Assembly (NCBI GenBank): GCA_963695555.1
Contig: CAVOGR010000001.1
Location: 416,001-480,000, forward strand
Direction of reading: 5' to 3'
Source: an uncultured Gemmatimonadales bacterium
GTDB lineage: Bacteria; Gemmatimonadota; Gemmatimonadetes; Gemmatimonadales; GWC2-71-9
Length of the DNA: 64,000 bases
The notes beneath the pieces are model-generated. The model was not told where the DNA came from. It searched no databases and saw only the letters and a list, made by a program, of their open reading frames with translations. The position numbers and the translations under genes are program-made. Each line of letters begins with the position of its first letter. Positions within the stretch are counted from its first letter, which is position 1. Positions 42,161-51,346 of the stretch are shown here, piece by piece.

Positions 42161-43099
42161 TCAGCGTGTGGCGACGGGAAGTGGCTTAGCATCGCCATGC
42201 CGCGGCAGGCGCCAGCGATAGATGGCGGATTGTCCGTCGTGCACGACGTCGGCATAGATGGTAGAGCCATCCGGGGCCCACCGGATGGCATGGACTGGCG
42301 ACCCCAGCACCATGGGATGATCCGGCGGCGCGTCGAAGGACACCACGAACCCGCGGGAGTTCCCCGCGAAGCTGCCGAAATGCGGCGTGACGGTATACGC
42401 CAGCCGCCAGCCGTCCACTGACAGGCGCACGTCCCCTATGAAGAGCTTCATGCCCGGAAACCTGGGCGCGCGGTGCATCGCGAAGACCTTTCGCGGGTCA
42501 TGGGCGTCAACGATGATGACCAGCCTGCCGCGGGCATGGGCGATGTGAAAGGGCCCGACGGTCTCGGACTCCTGCCAGGCCTTGTCGTCACGGGAGCACG
42601 GCCCTCGGTAGGCAAACGGCTCGCTCTCGATGGCCTGCCACTCCGGCTGATCGGCTGCCGGATCGATCCCCAGGTAGCGGCCGAATTCGTTGTGCACCAC
42701 CACGCGGCCGCCGTCCGGGATCCAGCATCCTCCGTCGGGGAACACGGCCGCTCCGCTCGCGACGAGCTCCCGAGCCCCGGCGCTCAGCCCAACCGGGGTT
42801 CCTTCGAGGAGGGTCACGTCGTAGAGCACGAATGTCTGGAGCTGGCGCAGCGTGAACGACTCGAGATCCTCCGCTCCGTCGGCGGCGTCGACGATTGGCT
42901 TGGAGAAGAGGAGCCATCGGCCATCGGGCGAAATGGAAAACGGGTGTCCGCCGAGGTAGTCGAGGCCCTCGGTGCCGGGAAGCAGTTGCCCGCCCGTGGT
43001 GCCTGGGTCGAGCGGCCCGGGCCCGCAGGACGCCACCACGAGCAGAAGGACTCCCGTTCGGGTGACCTGCCTGATGAGCCGGGGGGTGAAGGAGTGCAT
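42161..43099 (-). CDS. lipoprotein with TolB/PD40-like beta-propeller repeats
   Basis: Lipobox VASC; SPDGRWLLF, IPDG, WAPDG repeats. Confidence 0.65.
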   Translation of the reverse strand: MHSFTPRLIRQVTRTGVLLLVVASCGPGPLDPGTTGGQLLPGTEGLDYLGGHPFSISPDGRWLLFSKPIVDAADGAEDLESFTLRQLQTFVLYDVTLLEGTPVGLSAGARELVASGAAVFPDGGCWIPDGGRVVVHNEFGRYLGIDPAADQPEWQAIESEPFAYRGPCSRDDKAWQESETVGPFHIAHARGRLVIIVDAHDPRKVFAMHRAPRFPGMKLFIGDVRLSVDGWRLAYTVTPHFGSFAGNSRGFVVSFDAPPDHPMVLGSPVHAIRWAPDGSTIYADVVHDGQSAIYRWRLPRHGDAKPLPVATR

Positions 43100-43188
43100 T
43101 GCTGTCGCAGACCTTTCGTGTTCTTGAGCTGTGCCGCCAATGTAACCAGAGGGCGCTCCGCTGCCGACCCTGGTACATTACGCGCGTG

Positions 43189-43824
43189 ATGTGGTTTGGA
43201 TCGCGTACCCGGGCGGCTTCGGCCCTCGCCGTGGCTGGCACGATTGCCCTCGGCTGGAACGCCGCGTGCCGCGGAAACGACGGCGCGCCGGCCGACCCGG
43301 CGGGCGGTGGTGCGGTGGCCCTGGCCGAGCCGGTGCCCAAGGTCCCGTTCACCCTCACCGCCACCGATGGGACCCCGTATCACTTCGTCGAAGAGACCGA
43401 GGGTTTCGTCACCTTGCTGTTCTTCGGCTACACCAATTGTCCCGACGTCTGCCCGGTCCACATGGCGAACTTGGCCGCGGTACTGGATCGCCTGCCGTTC
43501 GAGGCGTCGTCCGCGATCAAGGTCGTTTTCGTGACTACCGATCCGGAGCGCGATACCCCCGAGCACATCCGTGAGTGGCTCGATCAATTCGACCCGAGTT
43601 TCGTTGGGCTCACCGGCACGCCCGGTGAGCTCGTCGAGTTGCAGCGAGCGTACCGGCTCGCGCCGGCCATCCGGGAAGACATTGACGAGTCGAGGTATCT
43701 GGTTAGCCACGCCGCCCATGTCCTGGCCTTCACCCGCGACGACTCGGCCCATGTGGTGTTCCCCTTCGGCACCCGCCAGTCGGATTGGATGCGCGAACTG
43801 CCCAAGCTGGTCGAGGCGCGGTGA
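43189..43824 (+). CDS. SCO1/SenC family copper-binding protein
   Basis: FFGYTNCPDVCP, TDPERD, conserved His in VSHA. Confidence 0.93.
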   Translation: MWFGSRTRAASALAVAGTIALGWNAACRGNDGAPADPAGGGAVALAEPVPKVPFTLTATDGTPYHFVEETEGFVTLLFFGYTNCPDVCPVHMANLAAVLDRLPFEASSAIKVVFVTTDPERDTPEHIREWLDQFDPSFVGLTGTPGELVELQRAYRLAPAIREDIDESRYLVSHAAHVLAFTRDDSAHVVFPFGTRQSDWMRELPKLVEAR

Positions 43825-44345
43825 GCTGCTTGCGACTGGGAGCCGGTCGCATCGTGACGGTGCTGGTCGCGGTCGCAGCGATGGCGTCCTGCCGAGCACG
43901 TGAAGCCGATGACAGCCCGCCGCAGGCGAACGTCCGCGTTGGCGACCTGGTAATCTCGGACGGCTACGTGGCCGCGCCCATGGTGGATCATTTGACCATG
44001 GCGTATTTCACGATGGAGAACATCGGGACCGAGCCCGACGCCCTGGTGGGTGCCAGCAGCGACGTCGCGGCGCGGATCGAGCTGCTGTCACAAGTACTCG
44101 ACGGCCCCCTGGGCCGAAGGTCGCCCGTCGAGCGAATCGTTATCGCGCCGGGCCATGCCGTGACGCTCGAACCTGGCGGCTTCCACCTGATCCTGGAGGA
44201 CCTTCGCGTGCCGCTCGCGCCGGGAGACTCGGTGACCATCCGGCTCCAGTTCGAACGCGCCGGAAGAACCCAGGTGCGCCTGCCGGTCCTCCCACAAATC
44301 GAGTTGGTACGCCGGCCGCTGGCGATCCAGGAGAACGCCGGGTGA
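43821..44345 (+). CDS. PCu(A)C family copper chaperone (degenerate Cu motif)
   Basis: AYFTMEN...DALVGASS, LEPGGFHLIL, LAPGDSVTIRLQFERAG; lies between SCO and CtaG. Confidence 0.82.
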   Translation: MSCLRLGAGRIVTVLVAVAAMASCRAREADDSPPQANVRVGDLVISDGYVAAPMVDHLTMAYFTMENIGTEPDALVGASSDVAARIELLSQVLDGPLGRRSPVERIVIAPGHAVTLEPGGFHLILEDLRVPLAPGDSVTIRLQFERAGRTQVRLPVLPQIELVRRPLAIQENAG

Positions 44346-45226
44346 CCTGGTGGTGTTCGGCCCGGGATGTCGCGTGGACCTGGAGCTGGCAGGCCTATCC
44401 CGGGGTCTGGGTTTTCGTCGCGGCGCTGGTCCTGCTGTACGTCGCCGCAATCGTCACGCTGGGGCCACGACACACCGCACCGGATGAACAGTCGGCGCAC
44501 CCCGGGCGCATGGCGTCGTTCGGCTTCGGGATTCTGGCACTCTGGATTGCAACCGACTGGCCGCTCGGTGCGCTCGGCGCCGGTTATCTCCTGAGCGTGC
44601 ACACGGTCCAGTACCTGCTTTACACCTTTGTCGCCCCACCGCTCATTCTGCTCGGCCTGCCGCGCTGGCTGCCCCTCGTGCTCGAGCGCCGACCCACGGC
44701 CTGGCGCCTCCTGTGCTTCTTCGCGCGACCGATCGCCGCACTCGTGACCGTGAACGCCGTGCTCCTGGTGACCCACCTACCGCCCGTGGTCGACGGCTTT
44801 CGCCGGTCGCAGCTCGGCTCGTTAACCATCGATCTTGCCTGGCTATTCGCCGGGTTGATCATGTGGTGGCCGGTGCTCGCACCCCGACCCGAAGCCGGAC
44901 GGCTCAGCGAACCCTGGAAGATCGGATATCTCTTTCTCACTACCATCGTCCCGACCGTCCCCGCCGGGTTCTTCGTCTTCTCGGATTTCCCGATCTATGC
45001 GCTCTATGAGTTGGCGCCCCGGGTCCAGGGAATTGCAGCCGGTGCAGACCAGCAGGCAGCCGGGCTCCTGATGAAGGCCGGCGATCCCATTATCTGGCTC
45101 GCCATGTTGACGGTGTTCGTCCGGTGGAGTACCCGGGAGGCCAAGCTGGACGAGCGCGATCTGGCCGAGCACCGACGAGCGGCCGCCATGGGGAGGGGTG
45201 GGGGTGAGGGGACTCGGGCCGAGTGA
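44342..45226 (+). CDS. ctaG: cytochrome c oxidase assembly factor (Caa3 CtaG family)
   Basis: YLLSVHTVQ, APPLILLG, MWWP, DQQAAGLLMK. Confidence 0.85.
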   Translation: MTWWCSARDVAWTWSWQAYPGVWVFVAALVLLYVAAIVTLGPRHTAPDEQSAHPGRMASFGFGILALWIATDWPLGALGAGYLLSVHTVQYLLYTFVAPPLILLGLPRWLPLVLERRPTAWRLLCFFARPIAALVTVNAVLLVTHLPPVVDGFRRSQLGSLTIDLAWLFAGLIMWWPVLAPRPEAGRLSEPWKIGYLFLTTIVPTVPAGFFVFSDFPIYALYELAPRVQGIAAGADQQAAGLLMKAGDPIIWLAMLTVFVRWSTREAKLDERDLAEHRRAAAMGRGGGEGTRAE

Positions 45227-45819
45227 ATTTTTTGGCCCATCTCTATCTGGCGGACGACTCCCCCGGATCCCTCATTGGCAACCTCCTGCCCGACCTGGTT
45301 CGCGGAGTAGGGCCGCCGACCGACGAGCTTGACCCCGCCGTTCGGGCAGGCGCCGCCCTCCACCACCGGGTCGATATCTACACCGACCGCCATCCGGTGT
45401 TCCGCGAGAGCAAGGGCCGGATCCGCGGCCGACATGGGATCTTCTCCGGCATCCTGATCGACGTGTTCTATGACCACTTCCTGTCGGTCTCCTGGGATCG
45501 CTATCACCCTGACCCTCTGCCTCAGTTCATCGCGCACGTCTACCAGACCTTTGCCGATCACACCCACCTGATGCCGCCGGCCATGCGATGGGTCACCGAG
45601 CGCATGGCGGCCCAGGACTGGCTGTCGAGTTATGGCTCGGTCGAGGGGATCGGCCTCATCCTGGAACGGATGTCACGCCGATTCAGGGCGCGGTTCGAGC
45701 GGGACGTGGACCTGGCCGCTGCCGTGGCCGATCTCGACCAGCACTATGATGCCCTGCAACGCGACTTCTCCAGGTTCTTTCCCGACCTCGTTGCGGAGGT
45801 CGGGGCAACGGCGCCTTAG
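45223..45819 (+). CDS. acpH: acyl carrier protein phosphodiesterase
   Basis: MNFLAHLYL, GNLLPD, HHRVDIYTD, DVFYDHFL. Confidence 0.9.
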   Translation: MNFLAHLYLADDSPGSLIGNLLPDLVRGVGPPTDELDPAVRAGAALHHRVDIYTDRHPVFRESKGRIRGRHGIFSGILIDVFYDHFLSVSWDRYHPDPLPQFIAHVYQTFADHTHLMPPAMRWVTERMAAQDWLSSYGSVEGIGLILERMSRRFRARFERDVDLAAAVADLDQHYDALQRDFSRFFPDLVAEVGATAP

Positions 45820-45835
45820 ACATCCCTCCCGTGCA

Positions 45836-45914
45836 CTGTGCAAAGGCTTTGGGGGCTGCTCGAGACCCTTTGCACAGCGAGCGAGCGGGCAGCCGCTCTG
45901 GCACATCTCCTGCT
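45836..45914 (+). promoter_or_regulatory. 11-bp inverted repeat plus putative sigma54 promoter
   Basis: CTGTGCAAAGG-20 nt-CCTTTGCACAG (45836-45877); TGGCACATCTCCTGCT (45899-45914) = GG-N10-GC. Confidence 0.6.
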
Positions 45915-45994
45915 CTAAAATCAGGCGTTTTTGGACCCCTAATGTGGGCGTCTTCTGGAGCCCGAGCATTCCCGGATGAGCCCCGAGGACCACC

Positions 45995-46672
45995 ATGGCA
46001 CCCGACGAAGGCTGGCTGGATTTCCTCGAGGAAGAAGAGGACGAGAAGCCCGAGCCCGCCGGGCCGTATGTTGCGCTGGCCGATGGGGATCTTTCGGCCA
46101 AATGGGACCTGGGAGATTTCCTCCACAGGCTGGGCGGGGTGTTCCTGCTCGGTAAGAAGGAATGGAAAGACCCCGAGTACCTGTACATTCCTAACTTCTA
46201 TCTGCGGATCCTGGACCTCGTATCGGTGGTGGTCTGGGGACCCGACCGCCCCAAGCCGGTGCTCACCAAGGCCCAGCAGCGCCGCCGCCGCATTTGGTCC
46301 TACTCCTTGGCGGCCAGCGGTCTGGTAGCCTTTGCCGCTCTGATGGTGTCCATCGTTCCCACCCGGCTGGAGTCCCTGCCCCCCGACCTCGTAGGTATCT
46401 GGCAGACCACCGCCGCCGGGTACGCCGACCGGACCTTCGAAATCGCCGAGGATGCCTTGGTGTTCCAGGTCGGTGAGGGGGAGACGGACTTCCAGATCCA
46501 CCCCATCACCCGGGTGCGGCGCAGAGGGCGAGCGGAGGATGCCAGCCTCATCCAGATCCAGTATGGGACGGAGGATGCCCCGCTCGAGCTGGCCTTTTAC
46601 TACGAGCCCGGGCCCGAGCCGCTCATCCGGTTCCAAAACCAGGCCGAGCTGGTGTGGAGGCCCCACCGCTAG
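45995..46672 (+). CDS. hypothetical single-pass membrane protein
   Basis: GAGGA RBS; acidic N-terminus, RRRR then a TM helix, beta-rich C-terminal domain. Confidence 0.75.
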   Translation: MAPDEGWLDFLEEEEDEKPEPAGPYVALADGDLSAKWDLGDFLHRLGGVFLLGKKEWKDPEYLYIPNFYLRILDLVSVVVWGPDRPKPVLTKAQQRRRRIWSYSLAASGLVAFAALMVSIVPTRLESLPPDLVGIWQTTAAGYADRTFEIAEDALVFQVGEGETDFQIHPITRVRRRGRAEDASLIQIQYGTEDAPLELAFYYEPGPEPLIRFQNQAELVWRPHR

Positions 46673-46803
46673 GACTGCGTTCCCTCCGCGCGGCTGTGCC
46701 GGGTCCAATGCCTCGAGCGCGTCTGATAACCTTCCCGTCGCTCCCAAATCCATCGGTCAACGACCGACCGCCCATCATGGAGCGCAGCCCGCATGTCGCT
46801 CGA

Positions 46804-46819
46804 CGTGATCTACATCACA
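46804..46819. promoter_or_regulatory. CRP/FNR-family binding site
   Basis: CGTGA-TCTACA-TCACA versus CRP consensus TGTGA-N6-TCACA; weaker copy GTTGA-N6-TCACA at 46971-46986. Confidence 0.55.
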
Positions 46820-47080
46820 AAAAGTTGACGCGGCGATGACACACTAGGCCGATGGACACCTCGCCCCTGAAATCCTTGCCAAAGCCCGTGATTTTGGGGA
46901 CAGATCATAGCTAACACCCAGCGGTCGAACAGGTTAGTGACTGTCAAAGAACGAGCCGGTTGATACTTGGGTTGACCGCTCTCACATTGCGGCTTTCTGA
47001 AGGCAAGCTGGTGTAGTTTGGTCGCTATACAAGTAACTCTAAGTTATTGTATACCAGATTGTTAGTGCTTGTACGCATAC

Positions 47081-47097
47081 TGGCACGGCGCGTGCCA
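47081..47097 (+). promoter_or_regulatory. putative sigma54 promoter of the minor-pilin operon
   Basis: TGGCACGGCGCGTGCCA = GG-N10-GC and also palindromic; AT-rich IHF-like patch upstream. Confidence 0.6.
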
Positions 47098-47144
47098 TGA
47101 ATAACCTGCGTGGAAGTGTCTATTTATTTGACTCTGGGAGCCTG

Positions 47145-47603
47145 ATGGGAAACCGGGGCTACAGTCTCACCGAGCTGGTGCTGGCGATGGTGGTCATCGG
47201 CGTCGTGGCGCTCATTGCCGTGCCGCGGATGGCCTCTCAGCGGCGGTCGATGAGTTGGCGGTCGGTGGTGAACGAGTTCATCGCGGCCCAATCGCTCGCC
47301 CAGGCGACCGCGGTGCGGCGGGGCCGGGTCGCCGAGCTCCACATCGATGCCGCGGCGGCCCGCTTCTGGATCGAGGTCGACACCAGCACGGCCGGCGGTG
47401 TGATCGATACGGTCGGCCCGGTACGGCAGATCCAGGATCCGACGGCTAGTATGTCCAGCACCCGGACCCTCCTCTGCTACGACGCACAAGGCCTGGCTAC
47501 CACAGTAGGCGCCTGTGAGGAGGGAGACGCGACGGTCACCTTCTCCTTCCCGGGGTACTCGAAGACGGTCGAAATGACGCTGTTGGGGAAACTCTTGCGA
47601 TGA
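47145..47603 (+). CDS. type IV minor pilin, FimT/FimU/GspH-like
   Basis: Class III signal RG|YSLTELV; GGGAG RBS. Confidence 0.85.
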   Translation: MGNRGYSLTELVLAMVVIGVVALIAVPRMASQRRSMSWRSVVNEFIAAQSLAQATAVRRGRVAELHIDAAAARFWIEVDTSTAGGVIDTVGPVRQIQDPTASMSSTRTLLCYDAQGLATTVGACEEGDATVTFSFPGYSKTVEMTLLGKLLR

Positions 47604-47968
47604 GAACACCCGCGCCCAAGCGGCAAAAAGACACCGGGGGATTCTCCGTGATCGAGGTGTTGGTGGCCATCACCATCTTCTCGATCGTGGTGCTCGGCGT
47701 TGCCGCAACGGGTGCGGTGTCCGCTCGCAATCTGAATTCCGGGCAGGAATCGACCTCGGCCGCGACCGCGGTGCAGAGCAAGGTCGACTCCCTGACCTCG
47801 CTGGGCTGGGACGCGCTCACGTCGCAATCCGGCACCGATTCCGTCCAGGGGCATGCCGTGAATTGGACGGTCACCGGGACCAATCCGCGCCACGTGGTGG
47901 TGGTGGTCCAGCGCCAGGTCATGTCGCAAACCTTTGCCGACACCATCGTGACCTATGTCTCGAAGTGA
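47600..47968 (+). CDS. type IV minor pilin, PilV-like
   Basis: GG|FSVIEVLVA; ATGA coupling. Confidence 0.85.
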   Translation: MRTPAPKRQKDTGGFSVIEVLVAITIFSIVVLGVAATGAVSARNLNSGQESTSAATAVQSKVDSLTSLGWDALTSQSGTDSVQGHAVNWTVTGTNPRHVVVVVQRQVMSQTFADTIVTYVSK

Positions 47969-47981
47969 CCGGTGCCCGCTC

Positions 47982-48821
47982 ATGAGCTCGCCGCGAGGCC
48001 TGCGCTCGGCCCGGGGGTTCACTCTGGCCGAAATCATGGTGGCCCTGGTGCTCGGCATGATCGTCATGACGGCGGTGCTCGGAGTGATGATCTCACAGCT
48101 CCGCCGCTACGACCTGCAGCAGCAGACCGTGGATGCCAGCGAGACCGTCCGCGGTGCCGCGGCATTCTTGGGAGATCAGCTCCGAGCGGCCTCGGCCTCG
48201 CGCGGTGACCTGACCGGCCTCGGAGCCTTCTCGGTCACCGTGCGGGCGGTCCAGGGCAATGCGGTCGCGTGCGCCAAGGACAACACGCTGCCGCGCTACG
48301 CCCTCGACATGCCGACCGGGACCTTCCAGGGCACGGTCGACGACAGTGTCTTGGCCTACAGCCCGGCGAGCGGCACCTGGAAGAGCCTCAAGGTCGCGGC
48401 GGTGTGGACCAATCCGGCCGCCGTGGGCATGGCGGCCTGCAATGCGCCGTCGACGGCGACACCCGACCTCGTGATCGAGGTGGTTCCGGGGGACACGGCA
48501 GGCATCGGCATCGGGTCGGACATGATCGCCTTCCGCCGGACTCAGTACGGCATCTTCCAGCAGGGTGGGCGGTGGTGGCTGGGGCGGCGGCTCATGAGTG
48601 CGCAGTCGTACGACCGGCTGACCGGGCCCCTGATGCCGCCGGCCGATAGCGGGCTGGTGTTCCACTACTTCAATGCGGCAGGCGCGGAGACGACAGACAG
48701 TGCCCAAGTGGCTCGGGTGGGCATCGCCATCCGGGCCCAGAGCTTCCGGCGGGTAAGGACCGGGGCCGGAGTGGCCGAACGACATGATTCCACGGCGTTC
48801 GCCGTGTCGATCCGGAACTGA
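47982..48821 (+). CDS. type IV minor pilin, PilW-like
   Basis: RG|FTLAEIMVA; C-terminal VSIRN. Confidence 0.85.
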   Translation: MSSPRGLRSARGFTLAEIMVALVLGMIVMTAVLGVMISQLRRYDLQQQTVDASETVRGAAAFLGDQLRAASASRGDLTGLGAFSVTVRAVQGNAVACAKDNTLPRYALDMPTGTFQGTVDDSVLAYSPASGTWKSLKVAAVWTNPAAVGMAACNAPSTATPDLVIEVVPGDTAGIGIGSDMIAFRRTQYGIFQQGGRWWLGRRLMSAQSYDRLTGPLMPPADSGLVFHYFNAAGAETTDSAQVARVGIAIRAQSFRRVRTGAGVAERHDSTAFAVSIRN

Positions 48822-48835
48822 AGCGGGAGAATATC

Positions 48836-50035
48836 GTGACCTACATGCGCCACGGCCCACCAGCCATCCGCACGCGTCAGTCTGAGCGGGGTATTGCCCT
48901 GCCTATGGTGCTGCTGGCTCTGGTGGTGCTCTCGGTGGTGGCCGTCACCTCGATTCAGATCGCCGGGCAGCAGAAGCAGGCCGGCGGCGGGTCACTCCAG
49001 ACGACCAAGGCGTTCTATGCCGCGGAGGCGGGTCTCCATTCCGTGATAGCGAGTTGGGACTCGGCCCGCTACGACACCATGACCGCGTTGGCCGGTGCCG
49101 GCGATAGCCTCTCTCTCGGGAAGCAACTCATCCCGGAAAATGGACAGGTCTATCACGCCATCATTTACCACCTCGGCGACAGCACCAGCAAGCAGTACCG
49201 GATCACCTCCGAAGAGATGATTTCGGGGATGGGCCGGCGGGTGTCGGTCACGGTGGCGGCTGAAGAGCAGTTCGAGTTCGTGCTGTTTTCCCTAACGGGA
49301 ATAGTGCACACCCAGTCGGACATCATCGGTGACGTGGCCGCCAACGGCAGCATCAGCATGGAAGCACCGGTGACGGGGAATGCCTATGCGGGGGGTACGG
49401 TCTCCGATCACTCCCAGGTCTCGGGCATAGTGAAGGAGGGGGTGCCATCGAGAAACTTTGCCAGCGTGGCGTGCCCGACCAGTACCACTCAGTTCCAAGA
49501 GGATACCGACGGCCCCTCCTACGGCCAATACGGCCCCTTACCGATCGGGCAGAGTGTGACCCTGGACCCGATGTCGGGAGACCTTACCATAACCGGATCT
49601 ACGCCGACCACATTCATGGAGGGCACGTATTCCTTCCACAATGTGTTTGTCGACGGGTCCGGTGGCCTCGCCGTATCCCCCGGTGCATCCGTGAAGATCT
49701 ATGTGAGCGGCAACTTGACCATCGGCGGAAGCGGCTATGTCAACCAGAACGGCCCGGCGGCCAACTTCAAGCTCGTCGGCTGTGGCGGCGCCAACGCCGA
49801 ATGGGTCCTGACCAACTCGCGCGAGAGTTGGCTCCAGGTAATGGCGCCGGACAATGCCCTGAGCTTCAACAACAGCGGTGACAACCACGGGATCTTCGTG
49901 GCCGGCAAGATACTAAAGGACGGATCGGGCATCGTCACTTACGAGGCACCGGACGGTGGCACGCAACTCTCGCCTGCCGGCGGGTCCGGCAGCTTCAAAC
50001 CCATTTCGGGCACCTGGGTCGATCTCACAGAGTGA
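48836..50035 (+). CDS. PilX-like minor pilin, copy 1
   Basis: ERG|IALPMVLL (no Glu5), AFYAAEAG; ends GTWVDL. Confidence 0.82.
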   Translation: MTYMRHGPPAIRTRQSERGIALPMVLLALVVLSVVAVTSIQIAGQQKQAGGGSLQTTKAFYAAEAGLHSVIASWDSARYDTMTALAGAGDSLSLGKQLIPENGQVYHAIIYHLGDSTSKQYRITSEEMISGMGRRVSVTVAAEEQFEFVLFSLTGIVHTQSDIIGDVAANGSISMEAPVTGNAYAGGTVSDHSQVSGIVKEGVPSRNFASVACPTSTTQFQEDTDGPSYGQYGPLPIGQSVTLDPMSGDLTITGSTPTTFMEGTYSFHNVFVDGSGGLAVSPGASVKIYVSGNLTIGGSGYVNQNGPAANFKLVGCGGANAEWVLTNSRESWLQVMAPDNALSFNNSGDNHGIFVAGKILKDGSGIVTYEAPDGGTQLSPAGGSGSFKPISGTWVDLTE

Positions 50036-50121
50036 TGCAGCAACGCTGAGCGCTCGCAGAGCGCAGCATGGGGAAGTGGATGGATGGGCCGAACAAGGCC
50101 GGTTCCCGCTAGGAGTCGTCG

Positions 50122-50137
50122 TGGCGGGAATCTTGCA
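50122..50137 (+). promoter_or_regulatory. putative internal sigma54 promoter ahead of PilX copy 2
   Basis: TGGCGGGAATCTTGCA = GG-N10-GC with a consensus TTGCA. Confidence 0.45.
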
Positions 50138-50155
50138 AAGCGGGGACAGCAGCCT

Positions 50156-51346
50156 ATGCACATCCTAGCCAACCGAATCGGCCAAGGACGACGCTCGGAT
50201 TCGCGGGAATCGGAGCGGGGCATGGCCTTGCCCATCGTGCTGCTTGCCTTGGTGGTGCTCTCGGTGATCGCTGTCACGTCGATGCAAACGGCCGGACGGG
50301 AGCGTGAGGCCGGTGGCGGATCGCTCCAGTCGACCAAGGCGTTCTACGCCACCGAGGCAGGCGCCCATCAAGTCATCGCCGAGTGGGACTCGGCCCGCTA
50401 CGATACCCTGACCCCGAGCCCCGGCGACAGCGCCGACTTGGGATGGCGAGTTTTGCCGGACAACGGCGCAGCCTACCGGGCGGTGTTTCACCGGGTCGAT
50501 GATGGCGGGGACAAGCTCTTCAATCTGACGGTCGAGGGCAGTGATGGGCCGCCGCAAGGCCAGCGAAAGATCGGTGCGCTCCTTCAACCGGGCTTTCTCC
50601 TGCCCAAAGCCGCGCTGACCACTCGGGGCACCATCAGTCTCGTTGAGGATACCACTGCGAGCATCGACGGCAACGACACCAATCCTCCAGGCTGGACCTG
50701 CGACTCGGCCGGTCCGGCCGTGCCGGCGGTGGAGGTGGCGGCCGGAACCTCGGTGACGCAGGGCGTAGGGGCCCTCATGGGAAATCCCACGATCCGGGTC
50801 GACTCCGCCATGGACGACACCCGGTTCTCTCAGTTCGGCTCCTACACCTACGCCGACCTGGTGGCCATGGCCGACAAGACCTACACTGACTCGATCGTGA
50901 CCATGTCAGTCGGTCCGGTGGTGGACGACGGGCAGTGCGTGACCTCGGCTTCGAATAACTGGGGCGCCCCGCTCAATCCCGGATCGCCCTGCGCGGACTA
51001 CTTTCCGATCATCCACTTCTCGAGCCCGAATGACGTCCAATTCAGGCTTGCGGGCAACTCCGCGGGACAAGGGATCCTACTGGTCGACAGTCGGCTCGAC
51101 CAGGATCAGACAACCGGTGGCCTGCAATTCTACGGCCTGATCATCACCCCGACCCGGTGCGATTGGGAGCACGGGGCCACGCTGTACGGCGCCATCCTCT
51201 GCTCCAACGCGTTGAACGGCAGTCAGCAGACTCACGACGGCTCGGCCATTCATTACTCGAGGTGCGCACTCGAGAAGGCGACCGCCCGGTTGGGTGGGAG
51301 CGGGGTCAAGGTGGTGCAGGGGTCCTGGAAGGAACTGTCTCGGTAA
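50156..51346 (+). CDS. PilX-like minor pilin, copy 2
   Basis: ERG|MALPIVLL, AFYATEAG; Cys-containing C-terminal domain; ends GSWKEL. Confidence 0.82.
   Translation: MHILANRIGQGRRSDSRESERGMALPIVLLALVVLSVIAVTSMQTAGREREAGGGSLQSTKAFYATEAGAHQVIAEWDSARYDTLTPSPGDSADLGWRVLPDNGAAYRAVFHRVDDGGDKLFNLTVEGSDGPPQGQRKIGALLQPGFLLPKAALTTRGTISLVEDTTASIDGNDTNPPGWTCDSAGPAVPAVEVAAGTSVTQGVGALMGNPTIRVDSAMDDTRFSQFGSYTYADLVAMADKTYTDSIVTMSVGPVVDDGQCVTSASNNWGAPLNPGSPCADYFPIIHFSSPNDVQFRLAGNSAGQGILLVDSRLDQDQTTGGLQFYGLIITPTRCDWEHGATLYGAILCSNALNGSQQTHDGSAIHYSRCALEKATARLGGSGVKVVQGSWKELSR

Noticed and set aside
46673..47080. Riboswitch, tRNA or other ncRNA in the long spacer
   Set aside because: No cloverleaf or known aptamer recognised by eye; a covariance-model search would be needed to exclude it fully
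48836..51346. Diversity-generating retroelement or shufflon acting on the PilX pair
   Set aside because: No reverse transcriptase or recombinase in the window, no near-identical repeat pair with adenine-specific differences, and both genes are complete and co-oriented
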